This document shows positions 57,131 to 64,000 of a stretch of 64,000 nucleotides of DNA, piece by piece; position 1 is the stretch's first letter, and the number at the start of each line of letters is the position of its first letter. The stretch covers positions 1 to 64,000 of the forward strand of contig JBFWVL010000007.1 in NCBI GenBank assembly GCA_050246755.1. The letters run 5' to 3'. The translations under genes and the position numbers were made by a program. This DNA comes from Bacteriovoracia bacterium (GTDB lineage: Bacteria > Bdellovibrionota > UBA1018 > CAIPTA01). The notes below the pieces were generated by a model, which was not told the DNA's origin, searched no databases, and saw only the letters and a list, made by a program, of their open reading frames with translations.

Positions 57131-58972
57131 GTGCAACCAAACGGCGAACTACCCCATTTGAAGATCTACTTCTGGGAAAAAATCGCGTTTCGTATTTCGA
57201 TCGGTTTTCTTTTGCCGATCGCGGTGAGTGCTTATGCCCTCTATTCTGTATCCACGGTTTTTACCGAGCTTTCCGAGCATCGCGAGCGGGTACAAAGGGT
57301 TTGGAATTCCATCCATCTCACCGAAAGCAAAGCGGTGCTCGCCATCACCAAGCTGCGCATGAGGGCCCAGAGCTTTTTGATCGAACCAAATCCCAATTTC
57401 ATGCTCCAGGGCCAGAATGAGGCTCGCAGTTTCCGTTTGGACATGGATCAGGCAAAGAAGCAGACCCAGCGGCTAGCGGCGGAAAGCGCCATTTCCATGG
57501 ACCTGCAAATTGAAAAGTTCTACGGACAGCTCTTTGATCTGCAAAAAGAGTTTACCATCGAGATGGAACGGCTTGGTTCTATCCCTAGGGGTAGCGCAGA
57601 CGCTTTCGCTTCGCGCCGCCGCATTGACGCCGCCGCTGAAAATATCGAGATGGTGCTAGGTAAGCTTCGGGCCGCCAATGAATTGCTCGAGCTGAAGATT
57701 TTAGAAAAACTTCAGGAGCAGGAAGAGCAATCGGGCCGAACGCTCGCTTTTTTTCTCCTTGCGGTAGCGGTGTTCGGGGTTGGTGCCGCTGCCGTAGTTA
57801 CCGTGAGCATTACCGGCCCGGTGAAACGGGTCTTGTTCCGTATCGTGGATATCGCTACCGGCGACGGAGATCTCACCAAGCGGATCACCACGCGTGGCGG
57901 GGGCGAGATGGGCGAGCTCGCCGCCTGGGTAAATAATTTTCTGGAAAAAACGCATACCATCATCGCCACTATCTCGAATGGCAGCCAGACGGTGCGGCAT
58001 ACCACCGATCAAGTGAGCATTCATATCCGTAAGACTACCTTGGCGGCGGCGGGCATTACCCGCACTACCATGGAGCAGTCGATGAACATCGATGAGTGCA
58101 CGAACTCTCTGGGCAGCATCGATGATTTGATCCAGACCGCCGGCGAAAGCACGCGCCAAGCCGCCAGTTTATCAAAAGTGGCGATGGATCGTGCGCTGCA
58201 GGGGGGGGCTTCGGTGCATGAGACGATCGAAGCGATGGAGAAGATCGAAGAATCCTCCCGTAAGATCGATGAGCTCGTGAGCTCTATCAACGAAATCGCT
58301 TCGCAGACCAACCTTTTGGCCATCAACGCCGCGATCGAGGCTACTAAGGCCGGTGAGCATGGTAAGGGTTTCGCGGTGGTAGCCGAAGAAGTGCGTAAGC
58401 TCGCCGAGCGCGCCCGCAAGCTTACGGGCGAAGTGACTTCTTTGATGTCGGAATCGGGTTCCCGCGTGAAGGCCGGGGTTACCCTGGCGAAGAACGCCGG
58501 TGTTTCCTTGGACGGAATTATTAAAGACGTAGAAGCCGTTTCCTCCCTCATCCAGCGCATCGCGGCCTCCTCGGTGAAGCAAACCGAAAGCTCCGCTTTG
58601 GTACTCGAGTTCATGCAAAAAGTTTCCGATTCCGTGCGCTCCAACCTTCGGGAGATGAAGGAAGTTTCTAGAGCTACGGAGCTCACTTCGATGGAAGTGC
58701 AGAAGCTGGATAGTCTCGTGGGGCAGCTCAATCAGATCGTGGGCCAATTCCGCCTGGACCCTGATGCCGTGAACGCCGTGGACCATTTCCGTGAAAGCAA
58801 AGCGGCCGAGCACGAAGATTCTTCTCTGCCTCGCGGTTTGCTGCCGATGCCGGAGGCGGCCCTCAGCGCACACCATGCCGAAGAAAGCGGACAGCCTGAG
58901 TCGCCTAAATTCCCGCCATTGCCGCCGAAGATTTCCGGAACCGAGGGCGGAGGGGAAGAGGACGCCGCATGA
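57131..58972 (+). CDS. Methyl-accepting chemotaxis protein
   Basis: Two TM helices, HAMP ([15 protein letters not shown]), [38 protein letters not shown]; GTG after GGAGG. Confidence 0.95.
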   Translation: MQPNGELPHLKIYFWEKIAFRISIGFLLPIAVSAYALYSVSTVFTELSEHRERVQRVWNSIHLTESKAVLAITKLRMRAQSFLIEPNPNFMLQGQNEARSFRLDMDQAKKQTQRLAAESAISMDLQIEKFYGQLFDLQKEFTIEMERLGSIPRGSADAFASRRRIDAAAENIEMVLGKLRAANELLELKILEKLQEQEEQSGRTLAFFLLAVAVFGVGAAAVVTVSITGPVKRVLFRIVDIATGDGDLTKRITTRGGGEMGELAAWVNNFLEKTHTIIATISNGSQTVRHTTDQVSIHIRKTTLAAAGITRTTMEQSMNIDECTNSLGSIDDLIQTAGESTRQAASLSKVAMDRALQGGASVHETIEAMEKIEESSRKIDELVSSINEIASQTNLLAINAAIEATKAGEHGKGFAVVAEEVRKLAERARKLTGEVTSLMSESGSRVKAGVTLAKNAGVSLDGIIKDVEAVSSLIQRIAASSVKQTESSALVLEFMQKVSDSVRSNLREMKEVSRATELTSMEVQKLDSLVGQLNQIVGQFRLDPDAVNAVDHFRESKAAEHEDSSLPRGLLPMPEAALSAHHAEESGQPESPKFPPLPPKISGTEGGGEEDAA

Positions 58973-59457
58973 ACACCCAGGAGCTCTTGGTGTTTGAGCT
59001 GGCCGGCGCCGAATTCGCGGTTTCCCTCTCGCTGGTGGAAGAAGTGATTCCCGCCAGCCAGATCACGCCCATTCCCAATTCTCCCAATTTTTTGCTAGGC
59101 CTCGCCGCCGTGCGCGGCCGCGCCATGGGCGTGATCGATGCCGCCAAACGATACGGTATTGGGCCGGCCTTCAACGCCTATTTCTTGGTTTGCCAGGTAC
59201 GCGGAAATTCCACGGCCGTGGCCATCGACCGTCCGGTGGTGGCCGGCGCGGTGCCCACCCGAGTTTTATCACCGGAGCAGGTGGCGGAATTGATCAAGCG
59301 TGCTCGCATCGATCAAAAATTCGTAAAGGGTGGCTACGAGCTTTTCGAAGCCGGTGCCGATGGAGCGCCCGCCACTTCCACCGGGGTGCATTTCCTCGAG
59401 GTAGACGCGGATTTATTCGTGAGCAACGAAATGGCCAGCCGTCTGGGAGAAAATTAA
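58969..59457 (+). CDS. cheW: Chemotaxis coupling protein CheW
   Basis: [21 protein letters not shown]...VRG. Confidence 0.88.
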   Translation: MNTQELLVFELAGAEFAVSLSLVEEVIPASQITPIPNSPNFLLGLAAVRGRAMGVIDAAKRYGIGPAFNAYFLVCQVRGNSTAVAIDRPVVAGAVPTRVLSPEQVAELIKRARIDQKFVKGGYELFEAGADGAPATSTGVHFLEVDADLFVSNEMASRLGEN

Positions 59458-61193
59458 TGAGCTCCGTGGATGATATCGAGCTGAGAAAGGCGTTTTTCGG
59501 CGAAGCCGTGGACATTCTCGATCGCCTGGATACCGATATCGCTGCACTCGACGGAAATCTTACCGACAAGAACATCATCAACGCCATTTTCCGCGGTCTC
59601 CACACCATCAAAGGAAATTCCAGCTTTTTGAATCTCGAGAAAATTACCCGCCTGGGGCACGTCGCCGAGACCGTCCTCGATAAGGTGCGTAACGGCGAAG
59701 TTTCCATTTCGCTGGAACTGGTAGAGCTGGTACGCCAGGTTTCCGCGAGTTTACGCGTAATGATCGAGCAGCAGGATTTCAGCGCCGATACTTCCAGGCT
59801 GACCATTGCCCTCGAGGAAATTTCTTCGGGCCAGAAAGTAAAAGCGACCACCAAACCGGTTTCCGCGGCCAGCCCGGAGAAAGCTAGCCTGGCCGCATCC
59901 GAGAAGAAGGTTCTTCTCGCCGGCGTGGTGCGCGTGGACGAGGCGAAGATCAACCGTATCCTCGGCCTCGTGAGCGAACTGGAGCTCCTTCGTTATTCTC
60001 TTGAGCAGATGCCAGAAAAGATGGATCTCCTCGGCGCTCCCGCCGAAGACCTGCGTTTCGAGCTCGACCTTCAGCTTTCCAAACTTTCCCGCCTCACGCG
60101 TTCTCTGAGCGGGATCGTGTTCGGGGTGCGCCTTCTTCCCGTGAACCAAGTTTTCCAGCGCTTTCCCCGCGTGGTGCAAGATTTGGCCAAGAAGTTGGGA
60201 AAAGAAATCAACCTCCAGGTGGTGCGCGGCGATGCCGAGCTCGATAAAACCATCGTGGAGGCGATTGCCGATCCCATGACCCATTTGATCCGCAATTCCT
60301 GCGATCACGGGATCGAGCCTTCGGAAGAGCGCAAGAATAAAGGCAAGCGGCCCGGCGGTACGATCCGCCTAAACAGCTACGTGAAGGGCAATTTCGTGTA
60401 CATTGAGATCGCCGACGACGGGCGCGGCATCGACGGGGACAAAGTTTTAAAGAAGGCCGTGGAAAAGGGAATCGTGCCCGCCGAGCGCGCCGCCTCTTTC
60501 ACCGAACAGCAGAAGCTGGGTTTGATCTTCGCTCCGGGATTTTCTATGGCCGCCGCCGTTACCGATATCTCGGGTCGTGGAGTGGGCATGGACGTGGTGA
60601 AAAGTAATATCAACCGCCTCAAGGGAACGGTGATCATCGATTCCAAGGTGGGGCGCGGCACCGTGATTCAGCTGCGCTTTCCGATGAGCATGGCCGTTCT
60701 CTTCTCGCTCTTCTTTGACGTGGAACAGACCGGTTGCGCCATTCCCGTTTCCGAAATCGAGGAATCCATCAACTACCGCCCCGCCGAGCTTTTCGAGAGA
60801 ATTCCGGAAGGAGAGGATCCCGCCAATTTTCACGCGCTCTATTCTTTGCGATCTTTGCTCTGGGGGCGGCCCGAAATGAGCGGCCATAAACCTGTGTATC
60901 ATGTGCTTCGTTTCCGCGAGAAGAGCGGGCGGCATATGGCTTTCATCGTGGACGACTTCTCTTCGATCGAAGAGGCCATCGTACAGTCGGTGGATTCCTA
61001 TATCGCGGCGCTGCCCGGGTTACAGGGCGCGACCGTAAGAAAAGACGGTAGCGTGGCGCTAGTCTTGAATCCCCAGAGCATCATCGCCCGCGCTTTGAAG
61101 GCGCCGCCCTTCGCCTACGCGCGCATTCAAATCAAAGAAAAGTCGGATGCTTCCACGCTTTCGGATTTCCTAGGGGTAACGGGAGCGGCTTAG
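59457..61193 (+). CDS. cheA: Chemotaxis histidine kinase CheA (no P2 domain)
   Basis: Hpt FRGLHTIKG, DPMTHLIRNSCDHGIE, DDGRGID, SGRGVGMDVV, C-terminal CheW-like domain. Confidence 0.95.
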   Translation: MSSVDDIELRKAFFGEAVDILDRLDTDIAALDGNLTDKNIINAIFRGLHTIKGNSSFLNLEKITRLGHVAETVLDKVRNGEVSISLELVELVRQVSASLRVMIEQQDFSADTSRLTIALEEISSGQKVKATTKPVSAASPEKASLAASEKKVLLAGVVRVDEAKINRILGLVSELELLRYSLEQMPEKMDLLGAPAEDLRFELDLQLSKLSRLTRSLSGIVFGVRLLPVNQVFQRFPRVVQDLAKKLGKEINLQVVRGDAELDKTIVEAIADPMTHLIRNSCDHGIEPSEERKNKGKRPGGTIRLNSYVKGNFVYIEIADDGRGIDGDKVLKKAVEKGIVPAERAASFTEQQKLGLIFAPGFSMAAAVTDISGRGVGMDVVKSNINRLKGTVIIDSKVGRGTVIQLRFPMSMAVLFSLFFDVEQTGCAIPVSEIEESINYRPAELFERIPEGEDPANFHALYSLRSLLWGRPEMSGHKPVYHVLRFREKSGRHMAFIVDDFSSIEEAIVQSVDSYIAALPGLQGATVRKDGSVALVLNPQSIIARALKAPPFAYARIQIKEKSDASTLSDFLGVTGAA

Positions 61194-61194
61194 G

Positions 61195-61346
61195 AATCAG
61201 AAAGCGGACTGGGATCGGATGCTGCAATCCGCCTTCCGAATGGAAATCAGAAGACTGATTCAGATCCGAGACGGAATCAGGTCAGAGCCAGAGATCCGAT
61301 ATCTATTCCGATTACTGAAGACCGAATCCGATCCGCTTTCCGAATT
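61195..61346. repeat. Degenerate (A/G)ATC(C/A)G-rich intergenic repeat with inverted ends
   Basis: Many AATCAG/GATCCG units; AATCAGAAAGCGGA at the left pairs with TCCGCTTTCCGAAT at the right; internal hairpin AATCAG-AAGA-CTGATT. Confidence 0.45.
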
Positions 61347-62382
61347 ACTTCTCGAACTTGCTCGTGCTATGCCCCGGGAACGCCTTCGCGGTGGGGTCGA
61401 TCCTTACTTTCGCGAAATTGGCGGCGATGGCGGCTTCGCCCACGCCGGTAGCGATGAGCTTTAATTTTCCGCCGTGGGTGGCCACGTCGCCGACCGCGAA
61501 AATTCCGGGAATATTCGTTTCCATCTTATCGTTCACCTTGATGGAATTGCCCTGCATCTCGAGGCCGGATTCTTTCACGAAATCGAGCTTCGCGATGTAG
61601 CCCGCACACACGATGATATCGTCCACGATCCGCGTATGGGTTTCCTTGGTGAGATTCTGGATCAGCGTCACGCTCAGGCGCTGGCGGCCCTGGTGTTCCA
61701 CGTCGGCAATGCCCTGAAGTTCCATATGCGTCTGAACTTTGCCGTGGGAAAGATTCTTGATGAGGTCGATGGTGGCTTCATGGGCCGAGAATTTATCCGT
61801 GCGGTGGATCATGGTCACCGAATTCGAAAGGGGCTTGCCGTGGGCGTCGGGGGCGGCGAGGGCGAGGGTCCAGTCCGCGGCGGAATCTCCGCCGCCGATC
61901 ACCAGCACATCTTTGTCTTTATAATGGCTCAGCGTTTTCACTACGTAGTGAATGGATTTTCCTTCGCGTTCTTCGAGGCCGGCGAGTTCTAATTTGCGGG
62001 GCTTGAATGCGCCCATGCCGAGGGCGAGCACCACCGTTTTGGTGTGAAAGTTTTCGCCGCTCTCGCAATGCAGAACGAAGTGGCGATTGTCTTTTTCTTC
62101 GACCGTTACGATCCGGGTGATTTTCCGGCCGAAATGCACATCGGGCTTGCCGAGCTGGGCTTGTTCCCAGAGTTGGCGCACTAAGTCTTTGGCCATCACC
62201 TTCGGGAAGCCGGGCATATCGTAGATATATTTTTCGGGATAGAGCGCGTTAAGCTGGCCGCCCGCCATCTCGAGGCTATCGATGAGGTTGATCGACATTT
62301 GCCTCATACCGGCATAAAAAACGCCGAATAAGCCAACGGGCCCAGCGCCAACCACGGTGATATCGTAGAGCTTCTTTTCCAT
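61345..62382 (-). CDS. Ferredoxin--NADP(+) reductase, thioredoxin-reductase type
   Basis: GAGPVG, GGQL..LYPEKYIYDMPG, GGGDSAADW, PGHST tail; no CxxC. Confidence 0.9.
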   Translation of the reverse strand: MEKKLYDITVVGAGPVGLFGVFYAGMRQMSINLIDSLEMAGGQLNALYPEKYIYDMPGFPKVMAKDLVRQLWEQAQLGKPDVHFGRKITRIVTVEEKDNRHFVLHCESGENFHTKTVVLALGMGAFKPRKLELAGLEEREGKSIHYVVKTLSHYKDKDVLVIGGGDSAADWTLALAAPDAHGKPLSNSVTMIHRTDKFSAHEATIDLIKNLSHGKVQTHMELQGIADVEHQGRQRLSVTLIQNLTKETHTRIVDDIIVCAGYIAKLDFVKESGLEMQGNSIKVNDKMETNIPGIFAVGDVATHGGKLKLIATGVGEAAIAANFAKVRIDPTAKAFPGHSTSKFEK

Positions 62383-62416
62383 TTTCCTCGTATAGCATTT
62401 GGGCTAGAGTTTGCCC

Positions 62417-63097
62417 ATGAAAAGCCGGATTCAACGCAAAGCGAAAAAAACTTCCACCAAAGAAAAATCAAAGAAATCCAGAGGAATCTTCCTCACTTTC
62501 GAAGGGGGAGAAGGCGTGGGCAAAACCACCCAGATCGCCAAGCTCGCGCATGCTTTTGAGGCGGCGGGGCATCGCGTGGTGGTAACGAGGGAGCCGGGGG
62601 GAACAAAGATCGCTAACCGCATTCGTTCGCTGCTGTTGGATCCCGAAATGAAGGGCCTTATTCCTCTTGCTGAACTTTTGCTCTATGAAGCTAGCCGTGC
62701 TCAACATGTGGCCGAAGTAATTAAGCCCGCGCTCGCCGCCGGAAAAGTAGTGATCTGCGATCGCTTCGCGGACTCTTCGCTAGTATACCAAGGTGCGGCC
62801 CGTGGGGTGGCGGGGGCTTTAGTGAAGCAGCTCAACGAGGTAGCTACCGGCGGCCTCAAACCGAAGCTTACCTTTATTTTTGACCTCGATCCCCGGATCG
62901 GGCTCGCCCGCGTGGGTGCCAGAGGAATTTTAGACAGAGTGGAAAAGGAAGCCCTTTCCTTTCATAAAGCCGTGCGCCGCGGGTACTTGAACTTAGTGAA
63001 ATCCGATCCGCGCCGCTGCCGGCGCATCGATGCGAGTCAGAGCCGCGATGCGATCCACGAACAGCTGCTCGAGGAGTTAGCCGCTTGGTTGCGTTAA
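62417..63097 (+). CDS. tmk: Thymidylate kinase
   Basis: FEGGEGVGKTTQ, TREPGGT, CDRFADSS..YQG. Confidence 0.96.
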   Translation: MKSRIQRKAKKTSTKEKSKKSRGIFLTFEGGEGVGKTTQIAKLAHAFEAAGHRVVVTREPGGTKIANRIRSLLLDPEMKGLIPLAELLLYEASRAQHVAEVIKPALAAGKVVICDRFADSSLVYQGAARGVAGALVKQLNEVATGGLKPKLTFIFDLDPRIGLARVGARGILDRVEKEALSFHKAVRRGYLNLVKSDPRRCRRIDASQSRDAIHEQLLEELAAWLR

Positions 63098-64000
63098 GCC
63101 GAAATACCGCTATTTTGGAAGGGCTACGCCGCTCGCGTGCGGAGAACCGCTTGCACCACGCCTATATCCTGAGCGGCCCCGAAGGCGGCGCTAAGCTCGA
63201 TTGCGTGGAGAGGTTTGCTGCCGAAATTTTTGCCGAAGGCAGCGGTGGCGGATTATTTGGCGGATCGGCGCCCGCCGGGGATCTCTCTCAAAGCTTCCGC
63301 CGGATCCAGCAGCGCAACCATCCGGACTTCACCGTGCTGCAGCCGGTGAACGAAGTCTTGGGCGTGAATGAAGTGAGAGAACTCCCGCGGCTACTTGCCT
63401 TTCCGCCCCTGGAATCCACGCAGCGAGTGGTGCTGATCGCGGGGGCCGGGTGCATGAACAATCAGGCTGCCAACGCGCTCCTGAAAATATTGGAGGAGCC
63501 GCCGGGGCATACGATGTTTTTCCTCCTTTGCCGCGATCCGTCCGAGCTCTTGCCCACGATCATTTCGCGTTGCCAGGTACTGCGTTTCGCGCCCATGGCG
63601 GAGCCGGAGCTGATGCGGTCGATTGGGGAAAGCGCGGCCGATCCGGCGGCGCTTTCTTCGGTAGTGGCGTTTGCCGAAGGCTCGCTTGATCGGGCGAAAA
63701 TTTTACTGGCCCAGGAAGATGGCCTGGAGCTCCGGCGGGCTGCCGGTGAAAACTTGCTGGCGCTTTGGGAGGCTTCACCGCGTGTTCCTTCCGCGGTAGC
63801 CCACTGGGCGGAGACCTTGCAAGACGAGGAAAGCTGCCGCGTGGCCATCGACTCTTGGACCCAGCTGCTGCGCGATCTCCTTTTCACGCTATCAGGTGCG
63901 CAGGCTAAGGATCTTTTGTTTAAGGACCTGTACCCTCGACTGCAGGCACTAGGAAAAGCCCCCAACGACAAATTGTGGGAGGAAGCGGCCTCTAAATCCT
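63085..64000 (+). CDS. holB: DNA polymerase III delta-prime subunit (runs off the window; absent from the ORF track)
   Basis: TTG after GAGGAG; LHHAYILSGPEG, NHPDF, AANALLKILEEPP, LLPTIISRCQ; follows tmk. Confidence 0.92.
   Translation, partial: MVALSRNTAILEGLRRSRAENRLHHAYILSGPEGGAKLDCVERFAAEIFAEGSGGGLFGGSAPAGDLSQSFRRIQQRNHPDFTVLQPVNEVLGVNEVRELPRLLAFPPLESTQRVVLIAGAGCMNNQAANALLKILEEPPGHTMFFLLCRDPSELLPTIISRCQVLRFAPMAEPELMRSIGESAADPAALSSVVAFAEGSLDRAKILLAQEDGLELRRAAGENLLALWEASPRVPSAVAHWAETLQDEESCRVAIDSWTQLLRDLLFTLSGAQAKDLLFKDLYPRLQALGKAPNDKLWEEAASKS

Overview
A 64 kb gene-dense, mainly core-genome window from a GC-rich (roughly mid-50s %) bacterium that gene content places most likely in Bdellovibrionota (inference). 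Housekeeping and stress genes (dinB, sodB, msrA/msrB, lon, dksA, tmk, holB, a chemosensory cluster) surround a ~18 kb Tad/type IVc pilus locus (27425-45753). That locus holds tadC, four FHA proteins, a probably inactive PP2C, five prepilins, tadV, cpaB, a secretin, a fused TadZ-TadA, tadB, a secreted YD/RHS protein and two tiny secreted peptides. It looks like the Bdellovibrio hit/Tad locus and the FHA-tadC predation cluster joined into one Kil-like region. Signals the ORF track does not show: (1) a subtilase with no prodomain, followed by a gene encoding what looks like its stand-alone exported prodomain; (2) a candidate Fur-boxed sRNA; (3) six sigma54 -24/-12 promoters, some with tandem CTGYCTAAA-N-TTTAGRCAG palindromes, mostly ahead of genes for small or secreted proteins; (4) an unannotated 47-aa peptide coupled to a sensor-less sigma54 activator; (5) a membrane-tethered ECF-sigma-like protein; (6) a 145-bp MITE-like element; (7) many apparently leaderless genes; (8) a frameshifted NtrC-type regulator. 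No rRNA, tRNA or CRISPR array was seen. All family calls come from motif recognition by eye, not from database searches.
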